From the NCBI GenBank assembly GCA_950097015.1, contig CATNEN010000031.1, positions 1,798,001 to 1,862,000 of the forward strand: 64,000 bases of DNA, in the 5' to 3' direction. Source of the DNA: Macrostomum hystrix (taxonomy: Eukaryota > Animalia > Platyhelminthes). Made by a program: the position numbers and the translations under genes. Below are positions 30,951 to 43,347 of the stretch, one piece after another. The first letter of the stretch is position 1, and each line of letters opens with the position of its first letter. The notes below the pieces were generated by a model. It saw nothing but the letters and a program-made list of their open reading frames with translations, was not told the DNA's origin and ran no database searches.

Positions 30951-32098
30951 TCAAGCAAGTCAATTAGTGTTTGTAGTGTTTTGAGCAAGCCTAAAGTATA
31001 GAGCGCGTACAGAGATCTCCAACAGACTGTAACCACTGGAGATTGAAGTGAAAGAAAGACAGCACAAATACATGTGGTAAAACACAGAACAATGCGTCTA
31101 ATAATCTAAATTCACTGATGCAATTATTATTGAACTGAATTACAAAATATTTTATTTAAGTCGCAGTCTTTGCAATTGTGTTCAAAATTATTCGTCGACA
31201 AGAACTCTTCCAATGGGAAAGCCAAACTCATCTATTTAGAAATTGAATAGAAGCACACAAAAAGATTGTTCTAAATTGAGTAGACTAAATTTACTACTAC
31301 TACTAGTAGTAAATAAGTACTTAAAACAAAGACTGTGTGCCATACTGAACTAACAGTACCTAAAACAATTAGTGAACCTTGAGGACAGTAAAGAAAGAAA
31401 GGGTTTGAGTGACATGTGGTTGAGTGACAAGTAGCATTTGCGGCAGGCAGCAGGTAATGAAGGCAGAGATTTAGGAACAATTAAAATTGGAGGAAAGAGC
31501 CGAGAAAATAAAAGTAAAAAATAGAAATTATTCAAAAGGAAGCGAAATCAACTATGCCTTTAATTAACTTACATTTCTAAACAATTAAGGAAACAGGATT
31601 TAATGATATTGGGTCACACACAATTGCATGCACTGATTGCACATAAGTTTTTTATTAATTAGCAAAGCAACAATATATATTACGCTCGTTCAAAAAGTTC
31701 AGTAATACAAGCTATATGGGGAAGTGACATGGCAATGCTTCCATTTTTGCTGATTCCAATTAGTTTTTGTGTAATGTGTCTCAACTTACTTCCGACACAG
31801 TGTTAAAAGTTATGTTGTCAGCATTTAATTTTAAAATCGCGCCCAAAAGCGTCAAACAACAAATGCGAGAGAAATAAAGAATATTAGCTATATTAAATAT
31901 GATCATACCTGTAGTTTCACTCCTAAAGATTAGAATAACAAATTTTCTCTGCACATTAAAAAGTGTTTTTCCAATCAGCAACGTTTTCTGTTCGATTTGT
32001 TTTATTCAACTATAAGGCTCAGGAGTGACATAAGATAGTTACATTCAAATTACACGAATTGCGGGTCTAGGCCGATCACTGAGTCAGTGTGATCAGCT

Positions 32099-34250
32099 TC
32101 AGACCTCAGTGTGAGTTGATGCAGCCTTCAAAAGAGGCAAGTTGAGCAGCTCAGCAGCCGACGGTCTCAGGCGGGGCTGTTTCTGCACGCACGAGTTGTA
32201 GAAGGTATGCATGTTGCGCGAGTGTCGCACGGGCAATTTGGGCATCGGCTTGTTGCAGATGGCGAACATCACCGCGTTGACGCTCTGCTTGTCGGCGTTC
32301 GGCGGCGATCCGGTGGCCATTTCGAACAGGGTGCAGCCCAGCGACCAGATGTCCGACTTGTCCGTGAAGTGGCGCCCGTCCAGAATCTCCGGCGCGATGA
32401 AGCACGGCGTGCCGACGATGCCAGTGGGATTGTAGGCGATGGAGGTGAGGATCTCCTTGGCCAGGCCAAAGTCGATGAGTTTTACGATGCCCTCGTTAGT
32501 TAGCATCACATTGGAGCATTTGAGATCGCGGTGCAGCACCGGCGGGTTGCAGGTGTGAATATAGTCCAGTGCACAGCAGATCTGTTGGTTCATGCGAATG
32601 ATAATATTTAGGTACATCACTTGGTTACACTAGACCTGCAGCCCAGCGAGAGGCAACTCTGCTCATTTCACTGACTCCTGAGCACACACACAGATTCTAT
32701 ACGCTATTACTATACTCATACTCCACTCACTCTACTATTATCTACTACTCACTATAGATACTATACTCACTCACGCAGGTGTGTACACCTGTCCTGACTT
32801 ATTCATGGTCAAATAGTGTTCACTCTCACTGTGCCATCAAGGGCGTAAATTGTATGACAAGCCCCCAAGCCTTATCTCCACGGCTGCGCCCCAAAATGAA
32901 TGTGGCCTCGCCGCGGATCGAGCTCTGGAACCTCGGTGCGAGAGGCGAAAGCGTTAGACCGTGCTGACACAACCCTGGCTTCGAGCGAATGTAAAAATAA
33001 ATATTAACTCATTTCTTTCTGCTTCGATAAGATCGCAAATAAATATAATGACAGCAGATTCAGTTAGGCCAGATGTGCAGCAAGTGGTGCTTCTAATACC
33101 TGTGTACCGCTGTTCAGTCTTTGGACTAAAGGGAGGCCGGCACACCCACTAGAACTTCTACCCCAAACTAATGCTGATACCTGTTTTAAAGGGTCTTGTT
33201 GAAAGGAGACGAACTGTTCTGGATTGAGATTCGAAATCCTATATCATTATGGCTAGCATTCACGGCAAAGTGAAGCATGGCTTGTCACAATCTGGCAGTC
33301 GCATTGGTTATGATCGGCCTCCTGCTGATGACGGCTCATTGTGACGGTGAGTTTGCGGTTTGATCTGGGCAAACAATTTGGCTTTAAACTCAGGTCAGGG
33401 GCTTCTGGAGACGTTAATTCTGTTAACAGTTATCACTGGTCAGTGACTTGTCTTGTCCAGCCTCTCGGGGGGGAGGGTCAGTGGCAGAGGGATTAATGTG
33501 TCTGCCTTTCGCACCGAGGTCCCTGAGCTCGATTCCGCGGCGAGGGGCGTGGCCGCAGATAGAAGACTTATGAACTTACATCCATGAGGGCCAGCCTCAT
33601 GGGCACAGTGAGAGTGTCCACTGCCTGATGATGAGAAAGTCAGGGCAGATGTACGCGCTTGTGTGTGTGCTCCAGTGTACGGTTTCTGTGCGCGTATGTG
33701 CTCAGGAGTAAGCGAAACCGTCAGAATGTCTACTGACATATTATTATTACTAACAGACAGCTGTCAAGTCTAAGCACACCTGTCTGGTGAAGTTGACGAT
33801 GCCATCCTCGGTGAAGACGCCGTACTCCTCGAGAATGCCAGACAAGCTATTGCCAGACAGCAGCTCTGTGAAGATCAGGAAGTTGCCCAGATGGTCGCGG
33901 TCGGTCTTTAGAAATCTGAGAATGTTTCTATGGTTCAGCCGGCTGAGCAGGCGGACGCCCTTCTCCTCATTGCGGATGGCCTGCTTCAGCTGCTGGGGAT
34001 TGGCGCTGTTGGCCACCTTCACCACCTTGACGGCCACAAACTGGTTCTTGTCGGTGAAGGCCCGGTAGACAACGCCGAATGAGCCGGAGCCGATTGGCTT
34101 GTCGTTGCGCTTGATCTTCCAGGTGCGAAAGTTGCTGCTGATGCCCTCGACGCCACCGCTACTGGAGTCGCTGCCTCCGGTTGCTGAGCGCTGACGAGAA
34201 TGCTGCTGCTGCTGCAGCAGTTCCTTCTGCTGCTGTTGCTGTTGTTGTTG

Positions 34251-34284
<34 letters not shown>

Positions 34285-36611
34285 GCGTCAACGCGAAGTT
34301 TCCGCATCTGCTCGGTTGGCTGATCAACCGGATGTCGACGCGGTGTGCCAGATGAGGGTGCTGGAGAGCTCCCCCCGGCGCTGGCTTGTCGTCGATGACC
34401 CAGAGGCTGCTGCTGCTGCTTTTGCTGTTGATCAGCAGCCGCGGCAAGCGCAGCTACCGCTGCTGCACCCTGCTCCTGACGCTGCTGCCAACGGTTCACG
34501 CGGTTCTCTGGTGTTCGACTCCGTCGAATTGGCTGCTGCTGCTCGTCCGAGTTTGGACTGGGCACTGCGAGGCGTCGGTCAGACTGAACTCGGTGCACCG
34601 GCTGCCCGACCGTCGGCCTCAGCTGGGCGGAGCTGCGGGTGGTCGCCTCGCCCTCGGTATCATCGCCAGAGCTCTCCGTCTCCGTCTCGGAGGTCTCAGT
34701 TTCTGAGTCGTCCGACTGCTGCTCCCGACGCTCTGGCTGACGCGGAATGCTCATTGTGCTCTCCTCGATCTGCCTGGAGTTTTAGGATACGTTGAACTCT
34801 GCCTGGGTGAGAGCCTTAGCAGTAGAAAGTCCAGTATTTAAAATACCACATTTTTCTTTTTCTTCATCTCTCAAAATATTCAACCAATCGCCATGAGAAT
34901 CCAGAACACGAACTCAAGTTTCCGCTCTATCCGATGAAACAACTTCCAGAATCACAAAAGATCGGCATCGAATCGAAATTCAACGATTCTCATCGGGCTG
35001 TTTGGTGGCAAAAACCACCAAAAACATTTTTTCTGCTCATTGACTATCTTGACTATTTTGGATTGATTAAATTGTTAATTTTTTACTTTGAACCAATAGG
35101 GATCCGCCATAGAGGTTTATGCAGAGCAATGTTAGCTGTCCTTGTCACCAGGTTCTCCGACAAGAATCGCTGAATATCTTGACGATGCTGACGTCGGAAG
35201 GCTTTGAAAGTTAGTTCATCGTGAAGGGCGAAAGATTTTGATTCAGATGGCGGACTTTCATGGCAATCGGTCATTCGGTTTGGGAGCTGTCGTGAAGTAG
35301 GCAGCGGTCTTTCTACTGTTAACGAACACGCACTTAAATTGCCAACTTTTTGAAGTCGAAAGCATTTAAAGAACAATGTCTCTTCTTAATTTCTCTGCCC
35401 ATCTACACGTTCTCTAATCCAATCAGATTGTACCACGGGTCCTCTAGCTCACCTCCGCCTGTAGAGATCTTCAAGGAAAGCCACAGCCTCGGCGACTCCG
35501 CTCTGTCTGGCCAGCTCCAGAGCATTGCCGCGGCTGCAGCGCAGGTGGATATTGGCCCCAGCGTTGGACAGCAACTGCAGCAGGTCAAGGTGGCCGAGCA
35601 GGGCCGCCATGGTGAAGGGCGTGTGTCGGTCGGCCTCCGGCTTCGTGACGACATCCAGCTTGGCGTCGAATTCTATGAGCAGCCTAGCAAAGTCCAGGTG
35701 ATTGTGCTCAACACTAAAGTGCAGCGCCGTGAATCCTTTGCTCTGCTGAAGATCTGTGTCAGCGCCGGCCTTCAGCAGGGCCCGACCGATCTCCAGGTGG
35801 CTCAGGGCTGCGCAGGCCATCAACGGCGTCTGCTGATTTTTGTCGACAACGTCCACGTGAGCCTGCAAGGTCAGGGACAGTGGGATAATCAGAATAAGTA
35901 GAACTGCAATTATAAAACTCTCGAAAATCACCCATCCAAACACACGAGAATCACCCTCTAAACCCCAGAGAATCCACTTCTAAACCCCAGAGAATCCACC
36001 TCTAAACCCCAGAGAATCCACCTCTAAACCCCAGAGAATCCACCTCTAAACCCCAGAGAATCCACCTCTAAACCCCAGAGAATCCACCTCTAAACCCCAG
36101 AGAATCCACTTCTAAACCCCAGAGAATCAACCTCTAAACCCCAGAGAATGCACCTCTAAACCCCAAAGAATCCACCTTTAAACTCTAGGGAATCCACCTT
36201 TAAACCCCAGAGAAACCACCTCTAAACCCCAGAGAATGCACCTTGACTGGGTGGATATATACACAGGCGAGAATGCGCAGCGTTTACCTGGGCGTCAATG
36301 AGCGCTTTGGCCACTCGCTGATTGTTCTGCTGAGCGGCGATGTGCAGCGCCGTGGCCCCAGTCTGGTCCTCGGAGTCGTTCAGCTGGGCGCCGCAAGCAA
36401 TGAGCAGGCGGATCATCTCTTCATTGTCGGACCAGGCTGCGCGAATCAGCGGTGTCAGATTGTAGTTGGCATCGTCCTTGCAGTTCACGGGCAGGCCCTG
36501 CCGTAGCAGTTCCAGAACTGTGGCGCAGTCGCCTTTCGCTACCGATCGGAATAGCGCCAGCTGGGGATTGTCAATCACGGACATGCCGTCGGCAGCGGAA
36601 GATCCGGACAA
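32099..36611 (-). CDS. Ankyrin-repeat plus STE11/MEKK-like Ser/Thr kinase, ~736 aa; exons 36288-36611, 35453-35862, 33780-34773, 32099-32581
   Basis: About seven ankyrin repeats ([35 protein letters not shown]); acidic/poly-Gln linker; kinase [43 protein letters not shown]. Splice phases are consistent (2211 nt). The ankyrin-to-kinase join (AG|gtgagc ... actccag|G) is inferred. Confidence 0.8.
32600..32975 (-). mobile_element. SINE family 1 copy f, with an internal low-complexity insertion
   Basis: Head 'cctctcgcaccgaggttccagagctcgatccgcggcgaggccacattcatttt', body and 3' end 'ggtctagtgtaacc' on the minus strand. Confidence 0.8.
33251..33725 (+). other. Inverted duplicate of DDR exon 1 (ATG 33277 to donor 33347) plus intron start plus SINE copy g
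   Basis: The 70-nt exon differs from 27211-27280 by one synonymous base; 26 nt of 5' flank and 35 nt of intron are near-identical, followed by the same SINE subtype. Confidence 0.9.
33474..33725 (+). mobile_element. SINE family 1 copy g
   Basis: Contains 'gggtcagtggcagagg...gagctcgattccgcggcgagg...gcctgatgatgagaaagtcagggcagatgtac...ctcaggagtaagcg'. Confidence 0.82.
35955..36243. repeat. 22-bp minisatellite (CACCTCTAAACCCCAGAGAATC), ~13 copies, in ankyrin-kinase intron 1
   Basis: Direct reading. Confidence 0.95.
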
Positions 36612-37664
36612 ACGGCTTCGATATCGTTACAATTTCGGCTTAGCTTGATTTTGAGGGGCTCGAGTTGATTTCCTTTCTTTCACCCAGCTCGCTTGTCCAG
36701 AGAGAAAGTGAGCAGAGGGCCGTCAATTTCAATGTTATTTGGTGACCCTCTCCGTGAGACCGTTTGCTTTCGGCTGGCTCTATCGTTGCCTGGGCTTCTC
36801 TGCTTTAGCTGTCTCTCTCCCGGTGTGGACTTGTGGGGCAGAGAGGGTACTGCGGAGTCTTTAGTATGGGGTGCGTCTGAGGCTCTGCTCACGGGTCTGA
36901 GGTGGGCAGGGCCAAGGGTATTAGTGCAGTGAGCTAAGGTGTCAGGTGGTGGCTGCACAGCCAATGGCGATACTGCAATCTTTAATCTAGCAGAGCGTTT
37001 CCTTTCTCTCCCTTCCTCCCTCTCTCCTCGCAGACGCGCACGAACTCTGCCTGTCTGGCCAATAGCCTCCTGAGTGTTATAGCAAGTTGGGCCGGGTTTT
37101 TTTTTGCCAAGAGAAAGGCTATATAATGCACAGCGCTAGGCAATGCAATATGCAATAGGCGTACATTGCACACGAGCTCCAAAATTTCCGCCACCCCTTC
37201 TTCTGCCAGGACAACGCAGCGGAAGACAAGGAAGGGACAGTGTGCACCGCATTTGGCAAAGCAGAGAAGGTTTTCTAGTCTGTATCAACGGAGCGGAGCT
37301 GTACGCAGTAATTATCTCAGCCTCCAACTCAAGCTCATTTGGAAAAGAACATTGGTATAGAGAGAAGTGCATTCACAGCCCACCGTTAAGGCTCTGATAA
37401 TTATAATGTACAGCTGTTATTAAAGACAGCTGTCAAGCAAAGCCTCGTGCCTCAAAAAATGCATGTCTGAGTGACAAGGTCCAAATACTGCCATTGTGTG
37501 CCCGGTTTGTCGATTCTCAGGTGTTGTGAGAAGACTCATTCAAGCGTTGCATGAGCGATGAAAATTGATTAGAGCACGGATTGGCCAGATACGGCCCTCG
37601 AAGCTCCTGAAACCACCTGGCATTGACAACTTCTGAAACATACCGTGGTCCCCTCCCATGATGA

Positions 37665-38545
37665 GAGTTGTCTCATCTCTCCTCTGTCTATCTCTTTCCT
37701 GCAAAATCTTTCCCCTGTCTTATCTCTCCCGTGTCTCACCTCTCCCATTTCTCATCTCTCCCCTGTCTAATCTCTCCCGTGTCTCACCTCTCCCATTTCT
37801 CATCTCTCCCCTGTCTCATCTCTCCCGTGTCTCACCTCCACCATATCACATCGCTCCCATATCTCACCCCTCCCATATCTCATCTCTCCCATGTCTCACC
37901 TCTCCCATATCTCATCTCTCCCATATCTCACCCCTCCCATATCTCATCTCTCCCGTGTCTCACCTCTCCCATATCTCATCTCTCCCATATCTCAATTCTC
38001 CCCTGTCTCATCTCTCCCATTTCTCATCTCTCCCATATCTCACCCCTCCCATATCTCATCTCTCCCGTGTCTCACCTCTCCCGTGTCTCATCTCTCCCAT
38101 ATCTCGTCTCTCCCGTGTCTCACCTCTCCCGTGTCTCATCTCTCCCATATCTCATCTCTCCCGTGTCTCACCTCTCCCGTGTCTCATCTCTCCCATATCT
38201 CGTCTCTCCCCTGTCTCATCTCTCCCGTGTCTCACCTCTCCCGTGTCTCATCTCTCCCATATCTCATCTCTCCCGTGTCTCACCTCTCCCCTGTCTCATC
38301 TCTCCCGTGTCTCACCTCTCCCATGTCTCACCTCTCCCGTGTCTCATCTCTCCCATATCTCATCTCTCCCGTGTCTCACCTCTCCCTGTCTCATCTCTCC
38401 CGTGTCTCACCTCTCCCATGTCTCATCTCTCCCGTGTCTCACCTCTCCCATGTCTCATCTCTCCCGTGTCTCACCTCTCCCATATTTCATCTCTCCCATG
38501 TCTCATCTCTCCCGTCTCATCTCTCAACGTGTCTCACCTCTCCTA
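37665..38545. repeat. Pyrimidine-rich ~14-bp minisatellite (TCTCA(T/C)CTCTCCCGTG and variants)
   Basis: Direct reading; similar to 22650-23118. Confidence 0.92.
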
Positions 38546-39044
38546 TGTACTCGTATCATCTCTCCCTATCTGGCCCGTTGTCATCTTTTGGATTCCGTTT
38601 TCAACCCACGCAGTAGATAAGGTGGCTGCCATGTTTTTAATTATACTCAATGAATTACCTTCTAATTATTGCCTTAAATAGTGGCAGGGGTTAACAAGTG
38701 GGGTTGAATTGGGGCAGAGAATAAATCAATCGGATCATTAATTACCGTGTGGTCTATAAGCTATGTTAATTTGCATTAGGTTTCAGAATCAGAAAGAACA
38801 CTTACATGCATATAAATACAAAGAAAAAAGTAAGGCAACTATGATTGATGCCCAAGTAGCATTGTGTCCTCAATGACACGGTACAGCTGCGTCAATTCTG
38901 CAGGATGTCCCGCTTGACCAGATGCCACAGTCGCAAGAGACGCAGCGAGACTATTTTGAGAACTTTTCTTTCGCTCTTTTGGCACTTCAGCGCCGAGACC
39001 AATCGAAACGCCTAAGACCTTAGAAACTAAAAACGTCTCTAAAT

Positions 39045-39838
39045 TGTCAACTGGGGGATTATTGTCAACTGGGGGATCATTGTCAACTGGGGGATCATTG
39101 TCAACTGGGGGATCACTGTCAACTGTGGGATTATTGTCAACTGGGGGATCATTGTCAACTGGGGGATCATTGTCAACTGGGGGATCATTGTCAACTGGGG
39201 GATCATTGTCAACTGGGGGATCATTGTCAACTGGGGGATCATTGTCAACTGGGGGATCATTGTCAACTGGGGGATCATTGTCAACTGGGGGATCACTGTC
39301 AACTGTGGGATTATTGTCAACTGGGGGATCATTGTCAACTGGGGGATCATTGTCAACTGGGGGATCACTGTCAACTGTGGGATTATTGTCAACTGGGGGA
39401 TCATTGTCAACTGGGGGATCATTGTCAACTGGGGGATCATTGTCAACTGGGGGATCATTGTCAACTGGGGGATCATTGTCAACTGGGGGATCATTGTCAA
39501 CTGTGGGATTATTGTCAACTGGGGGATCATTGTCAACTGTGGGAGTATTGTCAACTGGGGGATCATTGTCAACTGGGGGATCACTGTCAACTGTGGGATT
39601 ATTGTCAACTGTGGGATTATTGTCAACTGGGGAACCATTGTCAACTGGGGAACCATTGTCAACTGTGGGATTATTGTCAACTGGGGGATCATTGTCAACT
39701 GGGGGATCACTGTCAACTGTGGGATTATTGTCAACTGGGGGATCATTGTCAACTGTGGGATTATTGTCAACTGGGGAACCATTGTCAACTGTGGGATTAT
39801 TGTCAACTGGGGGATCATTGTCAACTGGGGGATCATTG
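39045..39838. repeat. 18-bp minisatellite (TGTCAACTGGGGGATCAT), ~44 copies
   Basis: Period 18; it produces the spurious ORFs at 38839-40074. Confidence 0.96.
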
Positions 39839-40599
39839 TAGCTTAAAAAACTGAAAATATAGCTGCTAAAAAGTATACCAGACGAATTAAAAATATATCT
39901 GCTCCCTGAAGGGGGGCAAAACTTGCTAGTTGCATCTAAAAATGGTCTAACCTGAGTAGTTTTTGAGCACTTTGTCATAGAAATTTCGAGTTTAGGCCAT
40001 TGTTTTAGGTTAGCATTAAATAATACTTTGTAGTAGCCTCGAAATGTTTGAACTTGCAGAATCAGCAGGGTCAATTTTACAGGGCATCATTTTTAACCAA
40101 GCAAGTTGCCTTAATACTCTCTGATTTGTCAAATTTCGAAGTGGAGATTTAGGGACTCACTCAATTTTGAGTAATTATCCAAAACATCACTAGTTGAAAT
40201 TATCAAAACCATCCCATGGTTATTAATAATGATTATATTCATTTTTTCCCAGTCTGTGAAAAAGCAGTAAATAAAATAAAAAGTTCAAATTAGTGTTACG
40301 TGTCCTTAATTCATTGTGTGCCACTGTACTTGTCTGTCCAGAATTGTTAATTAACAAAACAGCACTCTGTCCATAGCATCAGACTATGAACTAACATTGA
40401 AAGCTATTTATTAATTAAGATAATAAGAAGATTGGCAGACATGACAGCAAAGCAAAACTAGACAGCAATGTGATTATGATAATTAATTTGTTTCACGTGA
40501 ATAATAAACGTGCAGCGGAACCAAAGTACTTTTTGTGAGCCGATACTGTAACAAACACGTACTCACAAGCTTGACATTGTGATTGAACCGAAACTTAAA

Positions 40600-43347
40600 T
40601 TAATCCGCTTCTTTCGGATCAGCTGGCGGATCAGCCATATCAACTGTTGATGTAACTGCAGGAGCTTCAGCTTCAGTGGTGGCAGATGGAGCTGCAGTGC
40701 TGGCAGATGGAGCTGCAGTGCTGACAGATGGAGCTGCAGTGGTGGCAGATGGACCTGCATTGGTGGCAGATGGACCTGCAGTGGTGGCAGAAGACACTTT
40801 AGAGGTATCCCCAGCAGCGGCAGCATCTACATCTGTGCTAGAAGCCACAAGCAGCACGGTGTGCTGGCCGCCGCCGCTAACGGACAGCACCCTGACGCCG
40901 TCCATCTGTTTGCCTTCAATCTGGCCGGGCATGAAGGCGTCTTCGTCCTCGTCGCCGTGGCCGAGCTGCTTGTTGCTGCCCATACCCCAGGCGTAGGCGG
41001 AGCTACCGTCCTTGGCAACGCAGAAGCTGCAGGCGGTGGCGCAGCTGACCTGCCGGCAGGCCACCGACTCCAGGAGGCCCCCGATTGGCTCCAGGCGGCC
41101 GCTGGACTCCTGACGATCAGCACCGCGACCCAGGCGGCCGTACTCGCCGCGTCCGATTGAGTAGACTCGCCCCGTGCCCTCTTCAAGGGCCAGGGTGTGG
41201 TGCTGGCCGGAGCTCACCTCCTGCCACTGCTTGCCTGGAGCAGGGGACATTGGGCAGAAAAGCATGGGATAAAAAACTTAAAATGTGGAGCCTCAAGTTT
41301 TGAACTAAAGGATCCAGATATCTTTCTTGGACTTTTAAATAATAGCACCCGGACTCTCGGGACTTCTAAACTATATAGATGGGAATTTACCCTAGTGGTT
41401 AGAGCGTCCGACTCACGACTTGAACGTCGGGGGGTTCGATTCTTGACTCCGCAGGAACAATTTGTGTCCTTTAGTAAGACTTAGCAAGTTGGAGTAATTG
41501 AGGGAGGGTGTGGCGTCCCCCCAGTCCATGGACTGAACAGCCGTACGCAGCCTTCAGATGCAGAGCGCAACAGCTGCGGCTGTGCTGCCGGCTGGACATC
41601 TGACGCAATTAGGGCAGGTGTAATCGATCATTAGTTATTACGAGCATCAAACTATTGCTTTCGGATTCTCTGGACTTCTAAACTATAGCACTAGTTAGAC
41701 TATGCTATTTGAAAACGCGGACTTACTAAGCAAAAAAAGAAGTCAGCTTACCAGAAAACTCCGTAGCCAGAGCTGGAAAGAATTTATTGTCCAAATCACC
41801 AGTTCCCAGTTGGTAATAGTTGTTCAGCCCCCAAGCGTACACAGTCGACTGTTTAGCCGATCGAGCGAAGCTCACATAGGCGCCGGCCCAGATGTCTACG
41901 AAGTAAGGCGAGCCGCGGACCCGGACCTCCTTGGGGCCGAGGAACAGCTGCATGCCGTTGCGACCGCCGTGCGCCCCGGCCAGGCGCTCGCTGACTCGGC
42001 CCAGCTGGCCCTGCTCTCCGCAGCCCAGTGTGAATACGCGGCCGTCTCTGGTCAGGCAGACCACGTGACAGGCGCCGGATGCAGTTTTAGCCACGCGAAT
42101 GCCGGTCTCGGGGAATTCCAGGAGAACTGGCCGGCCTGAGACCTCCTTGGCTCGGGTCAGACCTTCGAAAGGGGGTGATGTGGTCGCCTTCAACCTCAAC
42201 AACAAAATTTAAGCTGCACAAACTGGAGTACGGGGAATTTTAACCTCTAAACAATTTATCTAACCACGCGCTATTTCATCCTGTAGTGACCCACGTGGAA
42301 CTTGATCCTCTAGTAACCCACTTGGACTCTAAACCTGTAGTGACCCACGTGGAACTTGATCCTCTAGTAACCCACTTGGACTCTAAACCTGTAGTGACCC
42401 ACGTGGAACTTGATCCTCTAGTAACCCACTTGGACCTTAAACCTGTAGTGAACCACGTGGAGTTTAAACCTCTAGTGATACACTACACATTTCTTTTCAT
42501 GCTTTGCCATTCCCATTAACGATACATTCAGTGTTATTGGACAGATTATAACAGCCATAAGTCCATACCAATAATTCCGTTGCTGTCGCGAAACGTGCCC
42601 CAGAGGTACAGCTTGCCGGATCGTGTAGCTGCGGCCGTGTGGCTGTCGCCAGCTGAGACGTGCACAACCGGATCCTCGGCCGGATCCGGCAGGCCCTCAG
42701 TCACGGGACCTGGCTGATACTCGCTGCCGTCCTCGCTGGTGGACCGGCCAAGCGCCTGTTCGTCGTTGCAGCCGAATGTAAAGACGCGCCCGTCAGAAGT
42801 CAGGCAGACTGTGTGCATACCACCGGCTACGGCCTTCAACGAGAGAATCGGCATCGGCATAAGGGAGCTAGTAGTAACCTCAGGCAAAGTACCAGCATTT
42901 ACCTAGGTTAGTATTTTTGGTGGGTATCCCCCCTGTCCACGGACAGTGCTATAGCTAGGTTAGGTGTGAACTATCTGTCTGGTAGAGAGAGAGAAAAGAG
43001 AGAAACTGACTACTAGTACTACTTTAAGTATTACTGACCTGCACAACATTAGCTAGTCCGTCAACTTTAGCCGGCCGTTTTCTGCTGAGCATTTCATCGC
43101 CCAGACCCAACTGGCCAGTGTCGCCTTCGCCAAGGGTAAGCACCTTACCAGGTGTACTATTGAACTGAAGGCGGACTTTGTCGACTAAATCGGAGGCTGC
43201 GGCATTTGCGGCAGCGGAGGAGGCGGCCGCTGAACTGCTCGATGGCGGCTCCGGCCTGGCTGTCTTGCGAGCGGGACCGGCACTGTCAGCAGCCAAGGAA
43301 TTGTTGTTGTCTGATTCACTGATTGCTCGCTTACGGCTGCGTGTCAT
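40600..43347 (-). CDS. RCC1: Regulator of chromosome condensation 1 (Ran GEF), ~539 aa; exons 43039-43347, 42569-42833, 41752-42162, 40600-41234
   Basis: N-terminal basic NLS (RSRKR), '[15 protein letters not shown]...RKRP', and seven RCC1 blades ([71 protein letters not shown]). Phases are consistent (1620 nt). Confidence 0.93.
41385..41640 (+). mobile_element. SINE family 2 copy with tRNA-like head, in an RCC1 intron
   Basis: TAGTGGTTAGAGCGTCCGACTCACGA...GGGTTCGATTC followed by 'tgtgtcctttagtaagactt', which resembles the TGTGTCCTTGGGCAAGACACTT segment common after SINE tRNA heads. Confidence 0.7.
42281..42475. repeat. 54-bp tandem repeat (two diverged 27-bp halves), ~3.6 copies, in an RCC1 intron
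   Basis: Period 54 (42281, 42335, 42389). Confidence 0.9.

Noticed and set aside
27306-33251. Programmed flip-flop inversion between the two inverted exon-1 copies
   Set aside because: Inversion would flip the last exon of the ankyrin-kinase gene and break it, and no recombinase is evident. It is kept only as something long reads could test.
33625-33655. Hammerhead ribozyme core (CTGANGA-TGA-GAAA) in the SINE hairpin
   Set aside because: The core-like string exists, but I could not form stem III with an NUH site upstream or downstream, and the bases instead close the SINE hairpin. An Infernal/RNAMotif search would settle it.
35083-35376. 97-aa ORF as an extra exon of the ankyrin-kinase gene
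   Set aside because: No good phase-2 acceptor in that frame; the flanking exons join in frame without it.
38839-40074. 411-aa Asp/Pro-rich ORF and its overlapping ORFs
   Set aside because: Produced by the 18-bp repeat and open in several frames; the flanks look non-coding.
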